Positions 26,005 through 38,314 of a stretch of 64,000 nt of DNA are shown piece after piece; position 1 is the first letter of the stretch; each line of letters starts with the position of its first letter. The notes below the pieces were generated by a model. The model made no database searches. It was not told where the DNA came from and saw nothing but the letters and a program-made list of their open reading frames with translations. The position numbers were made by a program, and so were the translations under genes. The DNA is from Squalus acanthias. Taxonomy: Eukaryota. The stretch is from positions 16,122,001 through 16,186,000 of the forward strand of contig CM059433.1 of assembly GCA_030390025.1 (NCBI GenBank), written 5' to 3'.

Positions 26005-26378
26005 GTCCATCACCCCTGACCTACATTGGCTCCTGGTCTTGTTTTCAATTCCCTCCACGGCCTCGTTCCTCCCTATCTCTGTACCTCCTCCAGCCATATA
26101 ACCCTCCGAGATCGCTGAGCTCCTCCAATTCTGGCCTCTTGCACATCCCTGATTTTAATCGTTCTACCATTGGCGGCTGTACCTTCAGCTGCCTGAGCCC
26201 CAAGCTCTGGAATTCCCTTCCTAAGCCTCTCCCCCTCTCTCGCCTCCTTTAAGATGCTCCTTAAAACCTACCGCTCATCTGTCCTGTGGCTTGCTATCAA
26301 ATTTTGTTTGATAACACTCCTGTGAAGCACCCTAGGATGTTTTACTACATTAAAGGCGCTATATAACAAGTTTTGTTT
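26005..26378 (+). mobile_element. L2-clade LINE 3' end
   Basis: ccatcacccctgacctacattggctcc...ccttcagctgcctgagccccaagctctggaattccc...aaaggcgctatata. Confidence 0.85.
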
Positions 26379-26526
26379 GACATTCTCGCATAAGACTTGT
26401 TTACTCCTGTAGAAGCTAGAGATACTTTCTCAAATTTTTTGGTGACGAGATGTCCAACACAAGAACAACAAATAACTAGGGTTAAAAAAACAAACTACAC
26501 TGCTGCAATGATGCAGGTCCTGAGGC

Positions 26527-27480
26527 TTTATTCAATGCAGGAATGGGAAACTATATAACGTACTGTCTATCTGAGGTCATTTTTTTATGCCTGTGCCCAG
26601 CACAGCTTCCCCACAACTGGGGTGCACTCTTACAATATATGGAGGAAGAGAAATAAGAAGAAGAATGATTAAACAAGAATTGAGGAATATTTTAAAGGAC
26701 AGAAAATCTCCACAGAATGGGGGAATAGTGAAGAATAGCACTTTATTGTAGATAGTAACAGTCAAACCAAACATCTGCTAATATTAGAACCTGTCTTCTC
26801 ACTGTAGTTTATGATCATTTTGGATCAATCAGGCAATCTGAATTTAACAAAAGGTAATGAACTGAAAGGTAGTTTTAGCTTTTATACAATAATTACATTA
26901 AAGAAAAATGCATAATTGTAAAAGACAATTCTTTACATATTTTGGGATGCTGTAAAATTTCATGCAAGTATAATTCAAGATGGTTGCTATGTAACTACGA
27001 CAAAAAACGTAGTATATTTTAAAGTGAAGGAGGTATTTATAAACAGCAACACATCAAAAATTTCATTTTGTGACTAAGAATTGTCATGCAAACTTTTTCA
27101 TCATTTCTGAAATACAAATTTCTCCATCATCAGAACAGTAAGATGACAGCAATTCCCTTAACAGAGTCTCATATTGTCCTGAAATTTCCCTCATTGGCAA
27201 TTCATGACAACAGACCATCATTTACAAGTCTGAATGTGAATTTCACTTTAAGTTTATGTGGATGAATGCCACATTCATATCCTTACTATGGAGAAAAACT
27301 ACTGCCTCTCCAGAACATAGTAAATAATGAAACATTCAAAGCAAATGCAACTTTTTTAAAATATTTAATTTCATTTTCAGAGAGGAGTTTTCTGTAAGTT
27401 TGGAACCAGTGATATTGGCAAGATTTGTACTCATTGAAAATTATTTTTCTAACACATGATAACAGTAGCCCTTAGCACAG
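26527..27480 (-). other. ACP1: Probable ACP1 3'UTR with candidate poly(A) signals
   Basis: AT-rich sequence without a recognisable repeat after the stop; minus-strand ATTAAA at 27364-27369 and AATAAA at 26742-26747 and 26527-26532. True end unknown. Confidence 0.55.
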
Positions 27481-27558
27481 TTAAGTAGAAGCCTCCAGGA
27501 ATGCTGTGCAACATCTTAAACATTGCTGGTACACTTCTTCAAAATCCGCTTCACCTCC
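27481..27558 (-). CDS. ACP1: ACP1 terminal coding exon
   Basis: ctcattcccag|GGA GGT GAA...ACT TAA encodes GGEADFEEVYQQCLRCCTAFLEAST*; human GNDSDFETVYQQCVRCCRAFLEKAH. Follows a 173-nt intron. Confidence 0.97.
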   Translation of the reverse strand, partial: GGEADFEEVYQQCLRCCTAFLEAST

Positions 27559-27731
27559 CTGGGAATGAGAAACAAAATAGGATAAAAAAATCTCCAAATT
27601 ACATACTATTAGCACAGAAGATGGAAATGAAAAATTAAGCACACTTCCACTTTTCTGGATTTTTGAACATTTTAAATTCTGCCACATTTGTACAAACAAA
27701 AACAAATAAATTGGAAGCTTTTGCTACTTAC

Positions 27732-27837
27732 ATAATAGGGATCTTGTATGATAAGCTTCTGCTGTGGGTCAAATGATCCAAGAAGTTGTATTTTAGACTT
27801 GTAGTTCTTCACTTTTTCAGCCATCCTTTTTAAATCT
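27732..27837 (-). CDS. ACP1: ACP1 exon 5 (106 nt) with catalytic Asp (DPYY loop)
   Basis: tttgcag|A GAT TTA...TAT TAT|gtaagt encodes (R)DLKRMAEKVKNYKSKIQLLGSFDPQQKLIIQDPYY. Phase 2/0, joins exon 4 in frame. Confidence 0.97.
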
Positions 27838-29152
27838 CTGCAAATTTATCAAATATGAACTAGGTTTCCTCTACAGATTTCAAATGGATAATTTCAATTC
27901 TATTAAGTTTTTTCCATTCTTTAACATTGGCAAACTAAAAATGCAACTATTGTACACAGCTTAGCAAACACTATTTAAAAAAAAAGAACTTTTGATAAAA
28001 CTGTTAGGAATCTATATAATTTGGCCAGGGAATAGAAATCCATTGAAAATAGATTTTCTTCCAATTGAATTATATACTTGTTTCATATGTTAAATTGTGA
28101 GATAATGAAAGGCTTCATGCAATCATAAGTAGTTAGTGAAATACAGTTCTGGTCATCCATGTGACAGACACTCTCTGTAATCCTATTCTCAAGACTTAAC
28201 TACTCATTAGGTACAGCTGAATAAAGAGCTTATGAGCAAAATGGCCTTTCAATGAGCCCATGATTAATAGCATACATCTGGTATTCTAGTTTATGTTCCA
28301 AATAAGAAAATGCCCAGAAGTTGCAAGAGACAGATATGATGCTACAATTAGGACTCATTGAAGCATTAGTTACAAACTCAATATCACAATCCAAGATGCA
28401 TTTAGACTGCAAGTTTAGTGCTGGTGCAAAACGATTTCCACTTTGCACCGACACTAAACTGATAGCTCCAGTACTGAAGCTGGATTTACGCTAACTGCAG
28501 AATGAAGCACAGCAAGACTCCAGGGAAGCTGTGGTTTCACACCACTTCAATTCAACACCGCATGGAGTGTACATCCAAGGCAGTGTCAAACCTGGATTGG
28601 ACTTCCTCAGCACTTTAAAAAAAAAAGGTACCCCACCTAAATTTAAATGTTTAGACAGTAAAGATTCCCCATTCCCCACTTCAAACATTTAAGTTTCTAA
28701 CTAATGGGACAATATTGTGTGTATGTGTCTCTAGGCATGCGCAGAGTATTCTCTTAAATAGAGCAGTTAAAGTTTCAGCCAGGCAATATTAACAACGTCC
28801 TGCCTAGTTGGAATGAAAACTGCAGCTGCTGGTCTCAGACTGATACCTGATGCACCTCAAGACACTTCAAAAGTAGTAACTAAATCAAATGAGCAACAAT
28901 AATGAACTACAAAGAACTATGAAAGTAAAGAGATGTCACAATAACTCGCTTCAGAGTGAATAACCTCAATATGTTTTAGGAGGAACTCGCAACAGACAAA
29001 AAAAATATAAAAAATGGAATGGCAGCAGTGTTCTAAAAATTCAAAACTAGTTTAAAAAAAAAATCTACCCAGAAAGATGGAATCAAAAAAGCATTTCCTC
29101 CTATGAAGTTATGTTATCCCAAAATCCACTACTAGTACTTAAATTACTAGTC

Positions 29153-31300
29153 TGTTTTTTTTTATTCATTCATGGGAGGTGGGCATCGCTGGCAAGGCCA
29201 GGATTTATTGCCCATCCCTAATTGCCCCGGAGAAGGTGGTGGTGAGCCGTCTTCATGAACCGCTGCAGTCAGTGCGGTGAAGGTACTCCTACAGTGCTGT
29301 TAGGTAGGAAGTTCCAGGATTTTGACCCAGTGACGATGAAGGAACGGCGATATATTTCCAAGTCAGGGTGGTGTCTGCCTTGGAGCAGAAACTTGGAGGT
29401 GGTGGTGCTCCCATGCGCCTGCTGCCCTTGTCCTTCTAGGTGGTAGAGGTCGTGGGTTTGGGAGGTGCTGTCGAAGTCTTGGCGAGTTGCTGCAGTGCAT
29501 CTTGTAGATGGTACACACTGCAGACAGTGCGTCGGTGGTGGAGGGAGTGAATGCTTAAGGTGGTGGATGGGGTGCCAATCAAGCGGGCTGCTTTGTCCTG
29601 GATGGTGTCGAGCTTCGTCAGTGTTGTTGGAGCTGCACTCATTCAGGCAAGTGGAGAGTATTCCATCACACTCCTGACTTGTGCCTTGTAGATGGTGGAA
29701 AGGCTTTGGGGAGTCAGGAGGTGAGACAGTCTCCACAGAATACCTAGCCTCTAACCTGCTCTTGTAGCCACAGTATTTATGTGGTTGGTCCAGTTAGGTT
29801 TTTGGTCAATGGTGACCCTCAGGATGTTGATGGTGGGGGATTAGACGATGGTAATGCCACCAAATGTCACGGGGAGGTGGTTAGACTCTGTCTTGTTGGA
29901 AATGGTCATTGCCTAGTACTTAAGTGGCAAGTAACATTCGTGCCACACATCAACCCAAGCCTGAATGTTGTCCAGGTCTTGCTACATGCGGGCATAGACT
30001 GCTTCATTATCTGAGGAGTTGCGAGTGGAACTGAACACTGTGCAATCATCAGCGAAAATCCATACTTCTGACCTTATGATGGAGGGAAGGTCATTGATGA
30101 AGCAGCTGAAGATGGTTGGGCCTAGGATACGGCTCGGAGGAACTCCTGCAGCGATGTCCTGGGGCCGAGATGATTGACCTCCAACAACCACAACTATCTT
30201 CCTTTGTGCTAGGTATGACTCTAGCCAGAGGAGAGTTTTCCCCTTATTCCCATTGACTTCATTTTACTAGGGCTCCTCGATGCGACACTCTGTCAAATGC
30301 TGCCTTGATGTCAAGGGCAGTCACGCTCACCTCACCTCTGGAATTCAGCTCTATTGTCCATGTTTGCACCAAGGCAGAGGTCTGGAGCCAAGTGGCCCTG
30401 GCGGACCCCAAACTGAGCATCAGTGAGGAGATTATTGGTAAGTGCCGCTTGATAGCACTGTCGACGACATCTTCCATCACTTTGCTGATGATTGAGAGTA
30501 GGCTGATGGGGTGGTAATTGGCTGGATTGGATTTGTCCTGCTTTTTGTAGACAGGACATATCTGGGCAATCTTCCACTTTGTCGGGTAGAAGCCAGTGTT
30601 GTAGCTGTACTGGAATAGCTTGGCTAGAGGCGCGGCTAGTTCTGGAGCACAAGTCTTCAGCACTATAGCTGGGATGTTGTCGGGGCCCATAGCCTTTGCT
30701 GTATCCAGTGCGCTCAGGCGTTTCTTGATATCACGTGAAGTGAATCGAATTGGCTGAAGACTGGCTTCTGTGATGGTGGAGACCTCAGCAGGAGGCTGAA
30801 ATGTATCATCCACTCAGCACTTCTGGCTGAAGACGGTTGCAAAAGCTTCAGCCTTGTCTTTTGCACTCACGTGCTGGGTTTCACCATCATTGAGGATGGG
30901 GATTTTCATGGAGCCTCCTTCTCCTGTTAGTTGTTTAATTTCCACCACCATTCACGACTCGCTGTGGCAGGACTGCAGAACTTTGATCTGATCCGTTGGT
31001 TGTGTGATCACTTAGCTCTGTCTATAGCATGCTGCTTCCGCTGTTTAGCATGCATATAGTCCTGTGTTGTAACTTCACCAGGTTGTCACCTCATTTTTAG
31101 GTATGCCTGGTGCTGCTCCTGGCATGCTCTTCTACACTCCTCATTGAACCAAGGTCGGTCCTCTGGCTTGATGGTAATGGTAGAGTGAGGAATATGCCAG
31201 GCCACAAGGTTACAGATTGTGGTGGAATACAATTCTGCTGCTGGTGATGGCCCACAGCACCTCATGGATGCCCAGTTATGAGCTGCTAGATCTATTCTGA
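29153..31300 (-). mobile_element. 5'-truncated CR1/L2-group non-LTR retrotransposon (RT domain), sense to ACP1
   Basis: ORFs KAMGPDNIPAIVLKTCAPELAAPLAKLFQYS...NYHPISLLSIISKVME, ALDIKAAFDRV and GVPPSRILGPTIFSCFINDLP...FADD; 3' tail atgaatgaataaaaaaaa. Confidence 0.92.
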
Positions 31301-31429
31301 ATTTTTCTTAACAGCCAAGAAGAAAGAGGTTTTTATGGAAAGGAGAGCAAAATTTAAGAGGAGCGTGCAGATACAAAAAAGTGGGAGAACAATTATGATG
31401 AAGTTGTAAAACATAATTAAGCCAATGGT

Positions 31430-31862
31430 ATTCGAGGTAATACAAAAATCAATAAAGGTAATACTGAAACATTATAAAACCATTGATTAGGTCAGTTAGA
31501 ATATTGTGTTCAGTTTTGGGGGCCTTAATTTAGGAAGGATGTCAAGGCCATGGAGAGGGTACAGAACAGAAGAGATTCACCAAGATACCTTTAGTTATGA
31601 CAGACTAGATAAACTGTGCTCTTTTCATTGGAGCAGAGAAGGTTAAGAGGACATCAGAGAGATTTTCAAAACCATGAAGGATTTTTGATAAGATGGCACA
31701 AATTTAAGACCACCCACTAAAAGAACAAAGAGAGATTCGGAGAAATAATATATATATTTTTTTGAAATGCAGAGCATTGTTAGGTTGGGAAATGGACTAC
31801 CCTCCCAGAGTGGAGGGAGCAGAATCCATAATAACTTTTAAAAGGCAATTGGATAAATATGT
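31430..31862 (+). mobile_element. CR1 LINE 3' fragment
   Basis: ttagaatattgtgttcagttttgggggccttaatttaggaaggat (LEYCVQFW.P..RKD-like), decayed. Confidence 0.75.
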
Positions 31863-31874
31863 TAAAAAATTAAT

Positions 31875-33250
31875 AGAAGTGTATAGGAACGGGAGTAGGC
31901 CATTCAGCCCCTCGAGTCTGTTCCGCCATTCAATTACATCATGGCTGATCGATACCTTAACTCCATCCACCTACCTTGGCTCCATATCCTTTTATACCCT
32001 TGTCTAGCAAAAATTTATCGATCTCAGATTGAAAATGATTAATTAAGCTAGCATCTACTGCTTTTTATGGGAGGGTTCCAAACTTCTACCACCCTTTGCG
32101 TGTCCTACCTTCTCTCCTGAATGGCCTGTCTCTGGTTTTAAGGTTATGTCCCCTTGTCCTAGGCACCCCACCAGTGGAAAAAGTTTCTCTCTATCTACCC
32201 TACCAATTCCTTTTAAAATCTTAAAATCACCAATTGCAATTGAATCACCACATTACCTTGTATATTCCAGGGAATACAAGCCTGACGAAAGGTCATCGAC
32301 CTAAAGCATTAACTTTGTTTCTCTCTCCACAGATGCTGCCTGATCTACTGAGTATTTCCAGCATCTGCAGTATTTTGCTTTTGTAATACAAGCCTAGTAT
32401 CTAATCGCTCCTCATAACCTAACCCTTGGAGCCCTGGGAACATTCTGGTGAATCTGCGCTGCTCTCCTTTGAAAGTCAATATATCCTTTCTAAGGTGCGG
32501 TGCCCAGAACTGTACACAGTGATTCAGATGTGGTCTAACCAGGACTTTGTATAGCTGTCGCAAAACTTCCTCCCCATTATATTTTAGCCCTCTAGTTATA
32601 AAGACCAACATTCCATTAGCCTTTTTGATTTTTTTTTGTACCTGACTACTACATTTTAGTGATCGATATACATGGATCCCTAAATCTTTTTGGACCTCCA
32701 CTGTTCCTATATTTTCACCATTTAAATACTCGGATCTATCCTTTTTTGGTTCAAAATGGATGACCTCACATTTACCTGCATTGAAATCCATCTGCCACAG
32801 TTTTGCCCACTCACACAATCTATCAATGTCTCTTTGTAATTTTATGCTCCTGTCTACACTACTTACTATAACACCAATCTTTGCGTCATTGGCAAACTTA
32901 GATAATACAAAAGATAGCCATATATCCAAGTCATTAATAAATATAGTCAACAGTTAAGGTCCCAGCACAGATCCTTGTGGGACACCACTAGTCACTTCCT
33001 TCCAATTCGAATACCCATTATCCCTACTTTCTGTCTTCTACCGCCTAACCAAATGAATAATTTTCCTTCAATTTCATGAGCTTTAATTTTAGCTACAGGT
33101 TTATGTGGAACCTTATCGAATGTCTTCTGGAAGTCCATAAAAAGTACATCCATAGACATTCCCCTTTCTACTACTTTATTTACTTCATCAAAAAAATTCA
33201 ATTAGGTTCATTAGACATGACCTACCCTTTACAAATCCATGTTGGTTCTT
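31875..33250 (-). mobile_element. CR1 LINE (RT to 3' end) with nested Penelope-derived insertion
   Basis: ORFs MDFQKTFDKVPH and IFINDLD...SKFANDAKIG...LQRDIDRLCEWAKLWQMDFNAGKCEVIHF...RPHLNHCVQFWAPHLRKD. Confidence 0.92.
32284..32384 (+). mobile_element. ~100-bp Penelope-derived insertion with hammerhead motif and 11-bp TSD
   Basis: aatacaagcct duplicated at 32273-32283 and 32385-32395; the insertion junction reads ctgacgaaaggtcatcgacct. Confidence 0.82.
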
Positions 33251-33364
33251 AAGTAAAATATTTATTTTTCTGCACTTGTCAGAAGTTACTTCATTTCCCA
33301 CTTCATGCCAGAAACCTATTTCATATGACTGAACTATTCAGCATTTTACCCGTTGAGCAAAACT

Positions 33365-33656
33365 AGAGGTCATCAATACAAGATAGTCACCAAGAAATCA
33401 AACAGGGAATTCAGAAGAAACTTCTTTACCCAGAGTGGTGAGAATGTGGAACTTGCAACCACAGGGAGTAGTTGAGGCGAATAGTATAGATGCATTTAAG
33501 AGGAAGCTAGGTAAGCAGTTGAGAGAGAAGGGAATAGAGGGTTATGCTGATAAGAGTTAGATGAGGAAGGATGCTCGAGTGGAGTATAAATGCTGGCATG
33601 GACTGGTTGGGCCTAATGGTCTGTTTCTGTGCTGTATATTCTATGTAATTCTATGT
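33365..33656 (+). mobile_element. CR1 LINE 3' end
   Basis: agaaacttctttacccagagtggtgagaatgtggaac...attctatgtaattctatgt; same family as 38793, 47922 and 60470. Confidence 0.88.
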
Positions 33657-33799
33657 AAAACTTTAAGGTTTTGTTTGACTGAGTTTAGTTTAGCTTCAAA
33701 TCCCACATCTTATCCGCCACCACGGCTCCCGTTTTCAATTTTGTGACACCATCTGGCTACATCCAGATTTTATCATTACCACCGAGAGATTTATCTACA

Positions 33800-34915
33800 A
33801 ATTTGTCAATTCCAGGCTCAATTATCCCAACACTGTCCTCAGTGGCCTTCCGAGTTCCATCCTAGATAAACTAAAACTCATCCACAACACTGCCGCATGT
33901 ATCTTTAACCTACTTATCCATCACCTCTGAAATCACTAACCTTTTCTGGCTCACCATCCCCAATGCATTGCATCCAAAAATGTTTACCTTACCTATGAGT
34001 ACTTTCATGGCTTCACCTTTCCATACCTCTGCAACATGTTGCAGCCCTGCTCAAGTGTAGAGGGAGCATGCCGACATGATTCTGGTCTCCTTCATATTCC
34101 TTCTTTCCTCTCCACTCCACCTTTGGTTACAGAGCTTTCAGAATCTGGGCACCACAATTTGGAATACACTCTGCAAATCCTTCTGCCTTGTCACCCCTCT
34201 TTCAACGACCTCTCACTTCTTTGACCATTTCTTCAGTCATCTCCCCTAACTCTTCTCCAATCAATGCTCTGAGAAGTTTTGGGATATTTTATTACATTAA
34301 AAACACTACTGTCCACCTTCAAACAAGAGATGAAGTGAATAGGTCTGGGCACCTTATGGAAATTTCACACTATTTGTTAATGAATGAAAAAAAAAATGAA
34401 CCTGAAAAAGTGGTTTCAAATCCACGTGACCTTGCATGCTATCTAAAGCTAGAACATAGCATTTTAACTGCTTTTCTCACAGATAGCATAACATATTACA
34501 TAACTTGCCTCCACAAGAGAGCATAGAGACATGGGTCAGCTTTCACATGCATGCTGATGGCATCCACCTGTACATTTTGCGACCTCTCCACTGCCTCTGT
34601 GCCGTTAGACTGATTGTCCGCCATCTAGTCTTGGATGTGCCACAATTTCCTCCAGCTAAACATTGGGAAAATCAAAGCTAATGTGGTTGGACCAAGCCAC
34701 AAATTCCACACTCTTGCCACCGACTCCAACCCCCTCCATAGCCACAGTCGCAGGTGGATTCAGACGGTTCACCACCTCGGCGTCCTATTCGATCCCAAGC
34801 TAAGCTTTCAATCCCATATCTTCCCCATCACAAAGATCGCCTACTTTCATTTCCGAAACATCACCCGCCTCTGATCTATTTGCCGTTGAAACCCTCATCC
34901 ATGCCTTTGTCACTT
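33800..34915 (+). mobile_element. Two decayed L2-clade LINE fragments (~33800-34300 and ~34520-34915)
   Basis: ORF 34635-34874 MCHNFLQLNIGK...LGVLFDPKLSFQSHIFPITKIAYFHFRNITRL is typical L2 ORF2. Confidence 0.78.
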
Positions 34916-35040
34916 CTAGCCTGTGGTTATCTGCATTGCAAACTCGGAGTCAGATTGACTGTGCCCACATCAAGAAGGAAGGGTAGGGCAGGAAAGCAAG
35001 GGGAAGAAAAGGAAATCATGCTGAACCATCACAATAAAAA

Positions 35041-35122
35041 GGTTCTGACAAAAGGTCATCGACCTGAAATATTAACCCTACCTTCTCTCCACAGCTGCTG
35101 AGTGTTTCCAGCATTTTATTTA
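35041..35122 (+). mobile_element. Penelope-derived fragment with hammerhead motif (35041-35077)
   Basis: ggtt-ctgacaa-a-aggtc-atc-gacct-gaaa-ta-tt-aacc followed by the family tail. Confidence 0.72.
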
Positions 35123-35726
35123 CTATAAAAAAATGATTGGCAGGAGCTACTTTGTCTTTAGACTCTAAAGTAAGTACCAGAGGTTATAGCAGAGCATTGT
35201 TGAACATCTGATCACGGTTGTGATTTAATACTAAAAAAAAAATCCGTGGTCAACATTTAGTATGGTGGTGAAAGTGGAAACATTAAGGGGGTAAATATCT
35301 GCAAGACTCCTCTGGCTCTTGTACCAAAGTTATGGCAGAAGACCATTCTTATTAGCTGTATTGAGGCAAAAGAAAAGACAACCTTGAATACAAGGTTTAT
35401 GTAGCAGTGCCAGCTTGGCTCAGTTATCCATTTCCTTCACGTTCCCCTATGGCTACATGTGGAGATCTAAAACCATTTTTAAGTGATTATCGTTGATAAG
35501 TTCCCTGACTTCTCCAGGTTGGTGGACTGGCAAAACACCAAATTCTCTCTGCTCCTAGTGAATCTCGAGATGTGTGCACATTGCACTAGCGGCATCATCA
35601 TGCATGTTGCATTATAGCACATGGATGCAATGTTTGATGATGTCACCAGTGTGCATCCCAGGATCTGTGTTTCAATGCCAAATTCAGGAAGTGAAGCAAC
35701 TGGAGATAAAGTTATTAGTTAACAAT

Positions 35727-36463
35727 GAGCCAGAATTTTGTGTCGAAATATGGTGAGGCTAACGGTGCTCACTATCATTTATGCGCAAATCACACAGCAA
35801 CTTCAGGCGAGGGCAGATGCGTCATTAAATGCAAAAATCTGGACGTTGCTGTCAGATGTGCCGCCCTTCTGTTAGCTTTGTGTAAACCGCATCTTGCTGT
35901 CTGGATCACCATTTAAATACACTGAACGGCGAAGTTCCTGTCCTTGCACTGTAGATACAAACTAAATTTGCCACAGAAAGTTAGGGCTTGTCCATTTCAG
36001 TCCAAGAACCTTTTTTCACAACGTGATAAGTCTTAATTATTGCCAAACAACCGCTCTGGCACAGAAAATTAACACTTACAAGTGTGGAGTCTCATTCCTT
36101 CAGCTTTTAATTGTTGTTGGAGATTTTAAAAAAAAATTTTTACTTTTTCTTTGTCTCTTTTTTCTCTCCCTGTTAATCCAATCATTATTTCACTTTCTGT
36201 ACCGGATTTGACATTGAATTCACTATTCTTACACTTGCTAGTTCAGACCATGTGTTGTTCATTTCATAATACTTCAATCTGATTGGTTAAGGAGATACAC
36301 AGTTGCTTTCCCTGTTCACACAGATCTCTGTAGAGGCCACCGTGCCATTTCCATTTCCTACTTACAGCAAAGTCTCTTGAAAATTAAATGGGCAAGGGCA
36401 AGTTTAACGAACGGTTCATTCGCTGGGCACCATTCATTTTCTGGCTACAATAAATTCTGGCCC
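35727..36463. mobile_element. PIF/Harbinger-type MITE, family 1 (opposite orientation)
   Basis: TIRs gagccagaattt / aaattctggccc, flanks aat/att; internal gtgataagtcttaattattgccaaacaacc is the reverse complement of the family 1 core. Confidence 0.83.
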
Positions 36464-37623
36464 ATTGTTAATAAGCCATTTAAATTAAAAAAAAGACGGA
36501 GAAAAAGTAATCATCATCCCAGACCCCACTTTACATGTTCTAAAGCCTGAAAAAAAAATTCTTGGGTTTATCCCTTAGAGTACTTGACAAAGTAAGACAT
36601 GTATAGAGTACATGATAAGGTTTGGAAATAGAATATATACACACGCCAGTGCTTTTGGAACTACCATGGAGGCCTATTAAGTGGGGTCTGTGAAATGCAA
36701 ATAATCGTGGATTGTCATTTAGCTTAACTTGTACCTTGTTAGCCTCTTGATGCTTTCTTGATGTACAGTGATAACTCAAAATAAAAACTAATTTTCTTCA
36801 AATTTTCTTTGGGTTCTAATCTGCTCCACACCCCAATTTACATTTGGTTTTCAATGTTAAAAATAAAAACTGAAAAGCACCTGAAAAAAAAATTAGATTT
36901 TTAAAATCAGTGTTAAAAATGTACTTTTCTTAGATAATTGCTCCTAATCTCTATGGACTAATTCTACAGTGGGGAGCGGGATTTCCTGAGAGGGCATGAT
37001 AAATGTTTAATGTTTAAAGCGGCTTATTCAGTTGTTTGATAAAGGTGTCAAATGAAGCTTTGTAGAATCATTTTCACCTTGAAACTAGTGATTGCTACTG
37101 GTACTTCCAGATATGTCACTTTCTACTTTCTTCCCAATGGAAAAGGTCAGAGTCCGTAAAACTAGACCTTTATTTTCACTGTTTGTTATATAAACAAGAG
37201 ATGACAGATCAGAACCCAAAATGTCTGTTACTTCAAATGACCCCAATGAGCTCCAATTATTTAAAAAGGAATGGGGGTAGGGAGGGCAGCCAAGTCCTAA
37301 ATATTGACATTGTAGAAGAGCAAAGAAAGGTGGTGTGGTATGCAAAGTAACCACTAGAGAATAGATCAGATTAAGGTTCTGCTTACTCCTGTGTAGTTGT
37401 ACCACTGGAAGCTTTTATCTCTGATATGGACAAGTTGGGAGGTGTGTATGCCTTTTCCAGACTTGCAACAATCTGCCTCACAGTTGAAATCAGATCACTG
37501 TACTGCCCTCTAGTTTCCAGTGAATATTATAGAATCTTACAGCACAGAAGGAGGCCATTGTGCCTATGCCAGCTCTTTGATAGAGCTATTCTATATACAC
37601 ACCACTGGATCCTGGCAGACATC

Positions 37624-38314
37624 GGCCTAAAATTTGCGATCGGAGGCTTCCCGCGGATGCCTCCGACTGGCAAAAAAAATCTACGCATTTAACCTGGTGG
37701 CCCGGGAGGTACGGAGGCTTGTGATCCTGGGCCTCTCTGGGTACGCGCGGGCAGAGGCCCACGTATCCCAGGGGTGCATGCGGTTCGCAAGTGCCCCTGG
37801 GATCACGTGGGCCAGCCCAACCAATAAATTCCGTACGTACGGAACTCCCATAAATATGAATGGGGATCACTTCAAAAATACAAACAAAATAATTTTTTTT
37901 TAAATTACATATTTAAAATTAATTAAAATGCCATTTAATTAAATACTTTAAATGAAAATTAATGTTTTAACGGGGCTAAATATAAATTTACCTTATTGGA
38001 CAGGGTTTTTAATGAATAAAGGAGTGATAAAATTTTATCTTTCTATTTTTAAAACTCTTAAGCTGGTAAAAGCAGGCCTTACGCCTGCTTTTACCAGGCG
38101 GAAGAATTTCACAAGCATTCAGCGGGCGGAAGTTGGGCAAATAGCGCAACTCTCCACCCGCAGAGGCCCATCTCCCGGGGATGGGAGGATCTGTCAGATC
38201 GCAAGTTCTGGGTTTTAGCGCATGCGCTTCGCATGCCTAAACCCGTAACTTGCGCGGCCCCTACGGGTGTGTACACATCTCGTACGCACCCGTAGGGGGC
38301 ACAAAATACGGCCC
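37624..38314. mobile_element. PIF/Harbinger-type MITE, family 2 (CpG-rich ends, AT-rich centre)
   Basis: Imperfect TIRs ggcctaaaattt / aaaatacggccc; ATC on both flanks; internal palindrome ctggtaaaagcaggc-cttac-gcctgcttttaccag. Confidence 0.85.

Noticed and set aside
37624..38314. CpG-rich patches (also 46500-46730 and 52092-52830) as CpG-island promoters
   Set aside because: They coincide with TIR/TSD-bounded MITEs; CpG retention reflects young insertion age.
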